Shown here in pieces: positions 13,002-25,900 of a DNA stretch of 64,000 nt. The notes below the pieces were generated by a model. It saw nothing but the letters and a program-made list of their open reading frames with translations, was not told the origin of the DNA and searched no databases. Each line of letters starts with the position of its first letter. Position 1 is the stretch's first letter. This stretch comes from Octopus sinensis (lineage: Eukaryota), in NCBI RefSeq assembly GCF_006345805.1, contig NC_043001.1, forward strand, positions 8,122,001 through 8,186,000, in the 5' to 3' direction. A program made the translations under genes and the position numbers.

Positions 13002-13200
13002 TATATAATATATATATATATATATTAATATATATATAATATATTAATATATATATATATATATTAATATATATATATATATATATACATTCTTACATAC
13101 AAATATATATATATATATACACATATATATTTACTTATATATGTACATATTTACATGTATATATATACATACACACACACAAATATATATGTGTGTACAT
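12706..13200. repeat. Long imperfect (TA)n microsatellite
   Basis: About 500 bp of almost pure alternating TA. Confidence 0.95.
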
Positions 13201-13224
13201 GTATGCACATACATCTTTATAGAT

Positions 13225-14655
13225 AAACAAAAGACGAAGTCAGGTGAATGACCAATAATGTGGTCTATTAGTTTGACTCTGGTGAAAGTGAGAATGTCTT
13301 TTACGTTTCGAGCCTAGGCTCTTCAGCAGAAAGAAAGAAGAGAGAATAAACTGAGAGAAAATGAAAAAAAGAAACTTGTAGATTTAGCGGTCAAGCATGG
13401 CGACTGGTGGGAAACGAAAGGGTTTGGCAGGTGAAGAAGAAAGAACGGAAGATAATAAAGTATTGGTAATCCCAAAACGAAGGTGCCCGTGGGTGTGTGT
13501 GTGTGTGAGGATGATGGGTTATGGTTTGGGTGCTGGGGAGTGGTTACTGCTACTGTGTGTGTGTTGTTTGGTGTGGTGTGATGTGACGTTGTATCATCAT
13601 ACAACGTCACATCACACCACACCAAACAACACACACACAGTAGCAGTAACCACTCCCCAGTGTTTTGTAGTGTGGGGTGGGGTGTGTGGGGTGGGGTGTG
13701 TGGGGTGGGGTGTGTGGGGTGGTTCGGGTGTGTAAGTAGATTTGGGGTTGGGTGGGATGATTAGTGGGATGGTGACGTTGTAGATGTGGGGTGTGAATGC
13801 GGTAGATGTGCGGTGGGAATATAGTGGATGTGGGGTGTGGATGTGGGTGTAGGGTAGGGATAAGGTGTCGGAATGTTGCTGTGGGATGGGATCGGGGTGT
13901 GTGATATTGGGGGTGTGAGTGGAGGGGGTATCAGTGAAGAAAGAAGGTTGGTAAGAATGATGGGAGGAAGTAGGTTTCTGAGTAAGTGGGAGAGGAGAGG
14001 TGGGGAGGAGTGAAGGGACTCAGTGAGGATAAGAGCGGAAGGGAATGCATATGATGCAAAAGAGTAAAGAGAGAATATGTATTCCCGTTTACGGTTAAGG
14101 CGGGAGTCCAGGTGGCCCTTGTGCAAAGACAATTCGAAAACCGTCAGGTGTTATAGTGAATGACCGGTAGAGAGAAAATGGCGCTAGACCGAGGTGTCAT
14201 TGCCGCGTCTGATATCTCGGAGGTGCTCCTCAAACCGGTCATCCAAATACCGTCCCGTTTGATCGATGTACACAGAAGGGCATAAAGGGCAGGAGATGCA
14301 GCAAATGACGTTGCTAGAAGTACAGTTATAGGAGTCGGTGGTATGACAGGGATGACGATGGATGCCTGTGAGGATGGCGGTGTTGGAGATGTAGGTGCAA
14401 GTGATGTAGTATATCTGGGAGCAGGAGAACGAGCCAGTTTGTGAGGTGAAGTTAAGCGAGACACAGAAAGTCATGCTGGTTGTTGGGTCGTTTGAAGGAC
14501 GGAAAGGGTTTTAGGTTGGGAGAGATGTGCGAGGCGGAAGGATCTGAACTGACGTCGCTGGAATCTCGGAGAAAGGTGTGTTGGAAGGGCAGAGTAGAGG
14601 GCTAGTAGATGAGGGGAACTGGGTACAGGCGACGGCCCTGTGGGAGCGGGGAACA
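13225..14655 (-). mobile_element. 5'-truncated, decayed Penelope-like retroelement: RT C-terminus, GIY-YIG endonuclease, C/A-rich 3' region, terminal LTR with hammerhead
   Basis: Minus-strand translation SYNCTSSNVICCISCPLCPSVYIDQTGRYLDDRFEEHLRDIRRGNDTSV*RHFLSTGHSL*HLTVFELSLHKGHLDSRLNRKREYIFSL matches the PLE GIY-YIG pattern (VIY...C..C...YIG.T.R.L..RF.EH...HF...H); it has in-frame stops. Confidence 0.85.
13297..13334 (-). ncRNA. Minimal type I hammerhead candidate (A6C variant) in the Penelope LTR
   Basis: UCUUU CUGCUGA A GAGC CUAG GCUC GAA ACGU A AAAGA: perfect stems I and II, ACGU palindromic stem III, GUA triplet. Confidence 0.65.
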
Positions 14656-16082
14656 TACGTATGTATGTAAATATACATATATACATACATATATTTACAA
14701 ACACAAACACACAGACACATATATAATCAAAGGAATTGAACGAATAATAAAATTAGGCTGTAACAAAGAAGAAGAGGACATGCACAAGGAATGCAATATT
14801 TTGACAATCAGTAAAATGAGAGTGTTTTCGAGGTTTCAAGTGAAGCTTATAGTTTGAAAGGAAACAGGGAAATGCCCAAAATATGAAAAGAAAATTATCA
14901 ACAGCACAGGTGTAGTTAAACTGCTGAATATATATATATATCATACAGACGGCCACGTGCATGTATGTTTGTGTGTTTGTGCGTTTGAATGGTCTGGTGT
15001 TCTATCACAACATGCGTCTCAGCAAAATAAATCTTTAATATAGCTTGTCTTTTTTATTTACGAATAAGGATAAGAAGTTCAGCGCCAGCAGACATTGTGT
15101 CCTATTTCTTACAATGGAATCATAAATGGCACGGACTGGAGTACACTGGGGAAGTGTTTAATCTGTAGCATCCGAAGCGTTGCATTTAGCAATTATGACA
15201 AGGCAGGATCTTGAGTACCTTGGACTCCAGAAATTACTTGTAACCAAAAAACCTGGATTAGCAATGAAGATTAAATTCATTACTGATATTAACAACTTCC
15301 AAATGAAACATTAGTAACACTTCAAGAAGATGCTTCAATCTTGAAGGAGATGCTTCAATCTGGCAGTAAATCTCTAATCCGTTTTAGACAGCAATAACGA
15401 TAGATTGGATATAAACATAGAAAAAGAAGACACACGAAGTTATATAACAACAGCACTTCACAAATGAATAAAAGAACTAGCAACGACACGTACAATAATG
15501 TAAACAAGGAAGCAAAGCATAAAAAAATATAAAACAACTGAAAACCAGGCAATAAACAGATTTTAGTTAACACTGAGCTTTTATAAATTTTAATTATCAT
15601 TAATTGAATCTCACACTAATTTAATACTATATTTGTTAGAGCAATTAGATTTTATGTATTCGCATATTCGGGCAAGTGAATGATACACGCACTGCATGAT
15701 GTTTATATGCATTTTGATACTTAAATAACTTGTTTTAATTAATTAATTGTTGTCTGAATATCGGGTTGATTAAAAGCCATTTCGGTGAAAAACAAATGCA
15801 TATCTGACGTCTCTGCTAGAACCCACGCTACGAACATTTAAGGATTATTTAAACTGCATAAATTATACTGCACTTCACAAAATTACTTCTCCTCATTCCT
15901 CATTGAAATTATATCAAAATGGATAATAATTTTTTACCCAACCTGCTGGATATTTCCGACACCAGTGACATCTTAATCACTGTCTCTCCATATTTGTGGT
16001 AGCTAAATTTTCCCATACATCCTGTTTTTAATGGACAGCTGCTATTGAGGAGCTCGAGGAAACAGAAATCTTGTTTTATTCA

Positions 16083-16432
16083 ATACAGTTCTATATTTAA
16101 GAGATGAGAATTTATGTACATTATTTACATTATTTACATTTGACGGATATCTGTCCTCATCTTGGTTGTTAACAGCAAACAAAATGAGGACAAATATCCG
16201 TCAAGTGTAAATACTGCAAATAATAAAGAGAAGAAGAAGAAGAAGAAGAAGAAGAGGAAGAGGAAGAAGAAGAAGAAGAAGAAGAAGAAGAAGAAGAAGA
16301 ACAACAACAACAACAACGTCGAAAAATACCTTAGGAATTAGAACCCAGATTCGAAATTTCTCCAAGACACCTGATGAAGGCTGGAACGTTGTGTTAACAA
16401 CAAAGTAGAATGTAAATAATGTAAAAATGTAC
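16083..16432. mobile_element. Penelope-LTR-like repeat: inverted partial copy plus plus-strand copy with a deleted hammerhead (16366-16395)
   Basis: GACAC CTGATGA A GGCTG GAACGTT GTGTT has lost the 3' arm of stem II; fold-back at 16133-16211; family also at 27835, 40835 and 41636. Confidence 0.7.
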
Positions 16433-16853
16433 AGACTTGTCCCAAACTTTGGCATCGAGAGTTACACAAATGCCAGAACTGGGCGCCACTGTATAGTGCC
16501 AAGGACTCCAAATTTGCCATCAAGAAGTAGGACAAGATACTGCGATAGCCTGGGCTTCCGAGGCCCACAGCTCTTCAATATCCTCCCGAAGAACCTAAGA
16601 GACATGCATGGGGTGGATGCAGATGTCTTTAAAATGAAACTGGATCTCTTCTTGTCAAGTGTCCCAGATGAACCAACTTCACGGCAGGAGATGCAGATGA
16701 GGGCAGCTGCATCGAATTCTCTCATGCACCAGATGGCATTTGCTAAAAAGCATTCGTGAAGTACAATCATGTAGCAACACCAAATGGCAGTGCCCCAGCA
16801 TGGCCACAGCTTGTGAGCTGAAACTAAATAAAATAAAATAAGAATAAAATAAA
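16433..16853 (+). mobile_element. 3' end of a CR1/L2-group LINE (ORF2 C-terminus, 3'UTR, TAAAA tail)
   Basis: YTNARTGRHC...DSLGFRGPQLFNILPKNLRD...FKMKLDLFLSSVPDEP...AASNSL is a typical post-RT C-terminal signature, followed by a stop at 16757-16759, a short UTR and TAAAA-type repeats. Confidence 0.75.
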
Positions 16854-17169
16854 TACTCCCTCATCTCTTAAATATAGAATTGTACTTGATTCTCAGTCTT
16901 AAATTTATCTTCATATATTATATATTATATTTTCTGTGTTCTTTGAGTTTTAGCTGGGAACGGAAATATGGCGGGAAGCAGGAAGATGTAACATGGAGGT
17001 CGATTGATTGAAAATTCAAATTGGGGTAAACCGGGTGAGACTGGTAAAATCCGGGAAGATTGTTTAGGTTTATAGTAATTTCTTGTGATTTTCTGACACA
17101 GCTATCAGCAGTTTATAAATATCGTTTACAACCTCTTGTAGGGTTTTGTTAATTTCCTCAACGAGCATA

Positions 17170-17345
17170 TTATTGATTGGTATATATATATGTATACATA
17201 TGGAAAAAACGTCAAGATACAAAATGCTATAATAATTTTATAAAAAACATTTCAGTACCAGTTTCAGTCATTGAGACATCTTCAACTGTAACAAATAAAC
17301 AATTACATTTTGAAAAATTAAAAGAACAATTATTTTAAAAAGAAT
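17170..17345 (-). mobile_element. Penelope-LTR-like repeat with a degenerate hammerhead (17250-17291)
   Basis: UUACAG UUGAAGA U GUC UCAAU GAC U GAA ACUGGU A CUGAAA; U3 core; stem III ACUGGU is consistent with CpG decay of the palindrome ACCGGU. Confidence 0.5.
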
Positions 17346-17440
17346 ATTTATATAGTGTTCAAATACAAGTGGCATTTTCCTTGTTTCTGCCTTTCTCTGT
17401 CTCTCTCGTTTACTGTTGTGGGTTGAATACTTGGTAGGGA

Positions 17441-17557
17441 AGAAGAAGACGAAAAAGAAGAAAAAGAAGTAGAAGAGACGAAGAAGAAGTAGAAGAAGAA
17501 GAAGAAGAAGAAGAAGAAGAAGAAGAAGAAGAAGAAGAAGAAGAAGAATGTGGGAGT
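17441..17557 (+). repeat. (GAA)n tract ending in GAATGTGGGAG
   Basis: Direct reading; the marker resembles the reverse complement of the motif repeated in 31400-32440. Confidence 0.85.
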
Positions 17558-17692
17558 GTCATGAAAGTAGTATGTTGAATGGTCAGCTGCGCTGCCCCGA
17601 AAATGACCCACAGTGGATGAAAGCAGTCATTCTTCACTCAATTCATGAAAGCATTTCTTTCGAATGTTTTGCTTATAAAATTTGCGTAGGTG

Positions 17693-17767
<75 letters not shown>

Positions 17768-18183
17768 GAAAATGTTTACTATTTACTGTTTACTATTCAT
17801 ACTATAATGTTGTGAAGACAAATTCTGAGTATCATAATATTGGTTTTGAAGATTTGTTCACATTTATTCGCAAGGGATATTAATTTATTTCCAATGATAA
17901 GAGGTTATTTCTTCTACGATATTGGCGAAGCATTGGTTTCTAAATTTCAAGGTTACTTTCTAAAATATAAATATTAAAGAAATATATTAAAATATTATGC
18001 AAAATGTTTCACAAAATATTTGCATGACACTTGTTGTAAAGATAATTACATTAAGATTATTTGGGAAATTTAATTTTCATATGTATAATTACAATATTTA
18101 TTTCAGTAAGCATGATATCAGACTCAATATGTCTGTCCCTCTGTTTAGTGTAGAACACAGCAAAAGTTTTATATTTCCTTACC

Positions 18184-18414
18184 TATTTCTTTACTACCCA
18201 CAAGGGGCTAAACACAGAGGGGACAAACAAGGACAGACAAACGGATTAAGTCGATTACATCGACCCCAGTGCGTAACTGGTACTTAATTAATCGACCCTG
18301 AAAGGATGAAAGGCAAAGTCGACCTCGGTGGAACTTGAACTCAGAACGTTACGGCAGACGAAATACGGCTACGCATTTCGCCCGGCGTGCTAACGTTTCT
18401 GCCAGCTCGTCGCC
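18184..18414 (-). mobile_element. SINE family A, single unit
   Basis: Full reverse-complement match to 3243-3475; near-flanking 12-bp direct repeat GTTTTATATTTC at 18166-18177 and 18423-18434. Confidence 0.9.
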
Positions 18415-19454
18415 ATTGAAATGTTTTATATTTCATTATCATTTAAACTTAATTTCATTCCGCTTCGGTCCGTCCTCTCATATATGAAAATTATTACAAT
18501 TTATTTCGAATATAATGTTTCAATTTTCTATAAAAAGTTTCGATTTCTCTGGAATATACAACGTAGGTAAAAAGAGAAAACGCCGTAAGCAAGATTGATA
18601 TGGTCTTGTAGTTTGAATGTTTAGTAGTCTCTTAGGTACTGGAGATAGTTTAAGAAAATCGATATACTAATTCAGCCGCTTGCATAGGAGAGAAACGTAG
18701 ATCTAAACGCCAAAGCGATCATCGAGAACGCCAGATATATTTTCGCTTTTTCGCCAGATGTATTTTCTTCAGTAGCATGTGTACACAATTAAATATCATG
18801 CATCTAAGATTATTTTCATGTTGAATATTTAAATGCTTATAGTGGATTTTATTCCTGACACGCTATTCGAAATACCGGTGACTATTCTATCCACTTTATT
18901 TTCTGTATTAAAGGTGAAGATTTCTCGTCCAAGTACTTAATAGGCTGTGAAGTCGCTCCATTAAAAATGTACAAAAGAATGAAATGCATCTACCGTTCTT
19001 GTAAATCCTTGGCTGAATGTTCGTCTTCGCCTGATATTTATTGCGTTTTGAGGACCAGCCGTCCACAAGAGAAATTTTCTCAGGACAAATACTAAACTAA
19101 CCGGCCTATTTGTGTGTGTACATTAACTATATACGTAGATGCTTTTTTTATCAATATTATATAACTTGGTTCATGTTAAAGCCTGTTTGTACATTTGGTG
19201 TGGCTGATAGGGTATGCATCCCTGATTCTGTCGTCTCGTTCTATTTCGAATATGAAAGAACGTTGTTGAAGGAACTTCATTCAAGTTGAAGTCTTGTAAG
19301 CAGTTACAGAATAAGTATCCGCACATAGCAAAAACTACACACCGCAGAATCAATTATTTCAATCACTTTTATTAATCCACGCAGAAATACATATAAATTA
19401 TATCAGAAAATAGAGTACGTATTTTATCGTTATAAAGATATTGCTTTGTTATTT

Positions 19455-19740
19455 CTTGTTTGTTCCTTCTCGAGCCATGCCTGGCTCATAAGGGAGGGTT
19501 TCCCGGTTTACTTAGTGTATAGGTTCCCCACGGACGGGACGCCGGTCCGTCGCAGGAGGAAAGAGTGAGTGAAAGTTGTGGCGAAAGATTGAGCAGAAGT
19601 TCACCATTACCTTCTGCCGGAGCCGCGTGGAGCTTAGGTGTTTCGCTCATAAATACACACATCGCCCGATCTGAGATTCGAACCAGCGATCCCTCGACCA
19701 TGACCCCGCTGCTCTAACCATTAGTCCATGTGCCTCCACA
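19455..19740 (-). mobile_element. tRNA-derived SINE: B-type body plus C-type tail
   Basis: A box GGACTAATGGTTAG, B box GGTTCGAATCTC, body GAGCGAAACACCTAAGCTCCACG, tail GGCGTCCCGTCC...AAACCGGGAAACC. Confidence 0.8.
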
Positions 19741-20443
19741 TAAAAAATTGCTTATATATACAATTTTAGAATATATTTGTTGAACTGACTTTTAGTTAGA
19801 TATAAAAATACTTACATTATCTAATAATACTTGGTATGTTTTGCTTCATTCCATGGAAAGGGACAACTGTTTACATTGAGAGCAGGATTTTGTGATATAC
19901 GTCCATTCGATCCAATCATGAAAGAATCCGGCCCCCTCGGTATTTCCTCTCTAATCATACCAAGCAAGGTATTTCTAAACACGCTCTAATCAGTCCTTAA
20001 TTCATCACAATAATATTTACAACCTGTTTCAGATTAAAATATGTTGATGATTTATACATTTTGATTTCTATTTCATTTCTATAATGAATTATTTATCCCA
20101 TTATTAACTCGTTCAGTTAATCTCTTCTGTGAAAATACATTAATATTTAATCCACTTTTTCTGAAAATCTAATTGAGAAACAAATATGTTGCCTCATGTT
20201 TACAAATGTTGCATGCACAAAGAGTATTTAATAATTTCATAGTATTGTTGTATATGAAAGCAGAATTTTAAGATAATTCTATCATGAGAAAATACATCAG
20301 GTGTAAAAACATTGATACCTTTACATACGTATGTCTATGAGAGTGTGTCTGTGTGTGCATGCATGTGCATATGTGCAGGTACATCTATGCTCATGTGTAG
20401 GATTAAGAATATATGAGTAATATATATATATATATATATATAA

Positions 20444-20790
20444 AAGACCCCCTTCGGTCATGAATGACCAAGGGATTGCACCTAGAAAGTTACCCTCCTA
20501 GACACAAGTTCGGGCGAGGTTGTTTATGGAAGACCAGCAGTCGCCCATGCATACCAGCCTCCCCTCTCCACGCCACTGATGTTATCCAAGGGAAAGACAA
20601 AGGTCGATACAGCTTGGCACCTGTGACGTCGCAACTCATTTCTACAGCTGAGTGAACTGGAGCAACGTGAAATAAAGTGCCTTGCTCAAGAACACAACAC
20701 CCAGCCCGGTCCGGGATTCGAGCTCACAACCTCACGATCGTAAGCTCGACGCTCTAACCACTGAGCCATGCGCCTTCACTGAGCCATGCG

Positions 20791-20793
<3 letters not shown>
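20444..20793 (-). mobile_element. tRNA-derived SINE: C-type (CORE-like) body plus D-type tail, in (TA)n
   Basis: A box GGCTCAGTGGTTAG, B box AGCTCGAATCCC, body TTGAGCAAGGCACTTTATTTCACGTTGCTCCAG shared with 49169-49430 but a different tail. Confidence 0.8.
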
Positions 20794-20829
<36 letters not shown>

Positions 20830-21079
20830 GTGTGTGTATGTATGTATGTACTATGTAATTATGTTTCTGTGTTTGTACCCCACACCATCGCTGACAAGAC
20901 TTTGCCAGCCTCACAATTTAAGGTCTAAGCATGAGAAGTCTTTTACAGTTTTACGTATTCATGCTCACTTCGTTTTCCATATTTTAACATTCTACATCAC
21001 CTTAGTCTGCTGGCATTGGACAAGTGACACTTGCCGTCACATCAGCAAAATAAGCTGAAAGTTTTCAACAAATAATATA

Positions 21080-21135
<56 letters not shown>

Positions 21136-21147
21136 CAACAACAACAT

Positions 21148-21760
21148 TATGAGAAGGAACGTAACATGTAACTGCAGAACATGTAAGATGGACAAGAAGC
21201 AATAAATGATAGTGTCTGTGGCTGCCCAGCCCTTGCTAAGAAGGAATATATTCACACATACACGACTGACCTGGGACATATATACACTGGAAGCTATGCC
21301 AACACTATGGAATAACACTAGAAAAAAGATAGTATAGTCACACGGCAGAAAGGATCACAGAAAAGGAGAAGGCAACAATATGTCAATACCCACAGATAGA
21401 GAAATTAATGCCAATAGGCCAGAAATAGATGTCAGAAATCATCAAGAAAAACATGCTTTCTAATCGATGTATCAATAGCAGCAAATGACAACGTTCCTCT
21501 AAAAGGAATGGAGAATCTTTCAATATACAAAGATTTGGACATAGATGTTATTCCAATGGGAAGTCTAAAAATATCATAGTGGTTGTATTATGTATGATAA
21601 AAAAGTATTCAGACAAAAACATAACAAAACACCAGGACTAACACATATATATATATAACATAGAGAAAATAGCACTACTAGGCACCGCACACATCCTACT
21701 TAAAACGGTTTCATTAAAGTAAAAATAAGAGCAACTCAACAAACCGCAGCAGTTCCCGTC
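21148..21760 (+). mobile_element. Old, frameshifted R4/Dong LINE 3' fragment after (TAA)n/(CAA)n
   Basis: Nucleotide homology by eye to the reverse complement of 43765-44480 (CCHC, RHD and RLE region, LLGTAHIL terminus). Confidence 0.85.
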
Positions 21761-22569
21761 CTCAAAAACCTAACAATTCCAAAATTTGTAATCCTTCTAT
21801 AATTATTTTTCTTCCTCAAATACGTTTTAGTCTCTGTGATTCTGTCTCTCCTACAACGAGCGAGCGGATATCGTCCCATTATTCACCGCCTGTCTGATTG
21901 TCGCTCAAGCCATATCTTTTCTGTTAACACATTGCGTATCTCACACTGTTTTTCGTTATATGGTGTAAAAGGTAACTGGAGAATCAAACAACCAATACAT
22001 ATATTGGCTATTTTCATATATCTGCCCAATAAAAAATGTTTCATGTGTGAGTTCAAATTTGTAAGCCTAAAACTAAATTAATATTTTCAGGCCTCGTAAA
22101 ATATAAATATTGTCATCAAATGACAAATAAGCGAAAGCTCTTCCATCGTATATCTTCCTCATAGCATCACGCAAACTCTTCTCACCTTTTGGGTATTTTA
22201 TGTATTACTGGAAATTATTAGATTCCATAATTTAAATTATTTCTTCCATTGCTTTTCATTAATTAATTTATCGTATGTTTATAGAAATCTAACATGGTTT
22301 TCCTAAATTATAATCCACTAAGCTAGTTAAGTTGATTAAGTATTAATTAGAAGTCAGCATACATGAAAAATTAAAATCGTGTTCCATAATTTAATCTAAT
22401 GACAGACCTGAATTCATTAGCGCAACATATTTAACACGATTGTGTTTCTGCGTACGTAATGAGTTTGTTAATATTTCATTATTTATTTTTTGCAGAGAAA
22501 AAAAAACTGTATGTAACAACACACACACTTGCACGTACACTCATATATACATTTATACATCTACATACA

Positions 22570-22611
<42 letters not shown>

Positions 22612-22612
22612 A

Positions 22613-22667
<55 letters not shown>

Positions 22668-23454
22668 TATATATATATATACATATGCAATTATATATGC
22701 ATACATATATAACATCATATATATATATAAATATATATATAAATATATGCCTATGTGCCTGGGGGTTACCTATAAATGTATATGTGTACAATATATACAC
22801 AGATGGGTGTGTACGTGTGTGTATGTGTATGTATACATATAAATGGAGAGTAGAAGGGAAGCAAATACACACAGATAGTTAATTACAGACGCACACGCAC
22901 ACATTCTGATGTGGAATTACGAAATCAACAGGTTGAAATAAATCATTTTATGCACTTCCTTCTCTTTTTCATATTTCTGTAATCAACCATTTGTATTACA
23001 TCTCCCCTCACACCTTCATTTTCCATCCCGCCAGAAACTGACAAACGTATTTGACTCATGGAAATCCCCTTTCTTCCGTTCCCATCTATTTTCACTCTGT
23101 TACTACTAACAGTTTAAGTATACACATTAAAATTGTTTCAATTTTCCCAACGCTAACAAGCAATGCTAAGAGAATATTCCGCTGCATTTCCAATCCCAAC
23201 ACTGTCAGTTTAAATGCGAACGATGAGTCTGTCCGAAATACTGCATACACCACTTCGAATTCTGCTTCCCTTGTACTCTTTCAATTATGTTATAAGACGC
23301 ACAAAAGAGCACTTGCATATAACCATAAACATGCACATATATACTTAGATACACGCATTCATATAAAGATATATAAATATGCATACATGCATACACATAT
23401 ATACATCTATATATAAATATAGATAGACAGATAGATTTATATATATATATACAT

Positions 23455-23516
<62 letters not shown>

Positions 23517-23547
23517 CATATATACATATATACACGCGCATATATAT

Positions 23548-23608
<61 letters not shown>

Positions 23609-24039
23609 TATATATACAGTCAACAGATAAGATCCAGAGAACATCATTATGGATGACACTTGGTACCGTTCAAATGATTTAAACTAAGACTTGGATGTTT
23701 TACAGGGCATCAATTCTGCAGGGGAACGCAGAATGAAGATGACCAAAGATGGAGGTAGATAAACTATTTAAATATAGTTAACTAACAATTTGGGTATAAA
23801 ATACAAAATATGTATACATGTATACATGCAACACGGAGGAAACCAAAGAATGGAGACATTCATACGATCAATATTTAATTATACATATGTAGTTATTCAT
23901 ATTAATAGATCCAGCTTATTCATATTTATAAAATTATATAAATATTTTGATATAGTACCTAGGAGATGGCAATTTCGGTACGACAAAGTTATTGGTTTCA
24001 AAATTAGCTTCGCGGCCAACAATTTCGGTGAAGTAGCTA

Positions 24040-24200
24040 AGTTGACATCATCGACCCCAGTTCTCTACAGTTATTTACTTTTAATGGGTCCCGAAATGGA
24101 TGAAATGTGAACTCGACCTCAGAATGTAACGACAGATGAGATGCTGCTAAGCACATCGCTCAGTGTGGTAATGGTACTGGTAGCTTCCAGCCCTAACTTG
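24040..24200 (-). mobile_element. Degenerate SINE family A
   Basis: tcgacccc...gtgaactcgacctcagaatgtaacgacagatgagatgctgctaagc is a diverged reverse complement of the family A head/body. Confidence 0.55.
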
Positions 24201-25685
24201 CGGCAAAATTTATTAAGAAATATACAACGCGTGTCGTAGCATTTTGCTTTGCGATAATTATGAACAACATTTGGGCGTTATATTTGGTTTGCCGGATTTG
24301 TCGAGGATGTATTATAGTAATCCCTCGCCATATCCCGGTTCACCTATCGCAGTTTATTGTTTAAGTTTACGTTGATTCCTCCGCGGTGTTGTTTTGCAGT
24401 TATAATAAAATAAATACATAGAAATTATAAAAATAATTAAAAGAACATATAGTATATTATTTATTTCTACTTCGCGTATTTTCACCTATCACGGCTGGTT
24501 TGGAATTAACACCCGCGATAGTCAAGGGATTACTGTTTTTCGAAACAGATGATGTAAATTTATGTTTACAATATATATTCAAAAAGATGGAGTATCATGC
24601 TTAAGTTTCTGCAATGCGTCCTGGAACATCTATTCTATTTATTTCAATAAAGTGATAATTATCATTGAAGGATCTCATTCCTCCATGCACAACCTCTGGT
24701 CTCGTATCAATATAATAAATGTCAACCCCAATATTTTAAGCTGTCTGTTTGCTTTCTTTTGAATCGAACATTTTTTATGTAACTGGTTTAAGTGAAGTAG
24801 AATGATCTACAATTTTCTCGTCATTATGTATTAGATATTTCCATTGTCCTACGATATTCGTGTGCTAATAAATATCTCGTTGCACATTGTACACTATATC
24901 TTCTTATATACGTAATCAGTTTTCTGTTCCACTGATCTTCGCTAAATATTGTGATTACTTTCAATTTTTCTGTCTTACGTCTGCTTTTGCTAATTCACTT
25001 AGCTTCCAGTTGCAAATCGTATACCTACGACTTATTTCTTGAACAGTTAGATAATCAATGTCAATTACCTTTGCTTGCATTTTAAAATTAATCTCTCCAC
25101 TGTCTGTATTATTCTCTAGATTTTTATCTTCCTCTTGTGAGTGCGTTCAACTCAATTCTTAATTATTTCTGCGACTGCTTTCCATACGATTCGCTTATCT
25201 CTATTTCTTAAACAATATATTGATATTGTTTATATATTCTCCGCCATCGTTACACTGATGCATTTTTCTAAATCTATTTAAATATTAGTTGAAGTTCTGA
25301 AGTCTCAATCTGCAGCATTCTCTTAAGTATTCTTGTTATTTTATTATTAGCAAAGTTTTACCCGAATTCATCCAAATGCAAACGATGGCTCAGTTATGTA
25401 TTTATAACACATATGAACGCGTTTATCCAAGCGGTTAAATTGTTAAGGCCAGAAAGTAAAAGACTGAAGCAATTGAATTCTGTAGGAATGGTAATGTGGG
25501 ATCTTCTTACATAATTCCAGTTTGGCTATATTTGTATATATAGCATTGTTACTCAATATTTTCAGAATTTGTTTTGTGATTCGATGACATGTGTATATAT
25601 CCGTGCCATGCCAACTTCATAAGCTTTGGTTCATATTTTCAAATTAAATTTGGATAAATTTGAATAATATCATTTATTTATTCGC

Positions 25686-25900
25686 CAAAGGCGGTGTGAT
25701 GGCGGAATCATCACGCCGGGAAAAATGTTTAGCAGTATTTCCTTTGTCGTGTCCTGCGTTCAAATTACGCTGAGGTCGACTTAGCCTTCCATCCTTTCAG
25801 GGTGGATAAACGAGTCCCAGTTGAGTGCTGGTGTCATTGTAATCGACTTAGCCCATTCCATGTAATTAATGGCATCCTATCAAAATTTGAATTCATTATT
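25686..25900 (+). mobile_element. Degenerate SINE family A (alternative tail)
   Basis: aaggcggtgtgatggcggaatc...gttcaaattacgctgaggtcgac...aatcgacttagccc. Confidence 0.7.
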
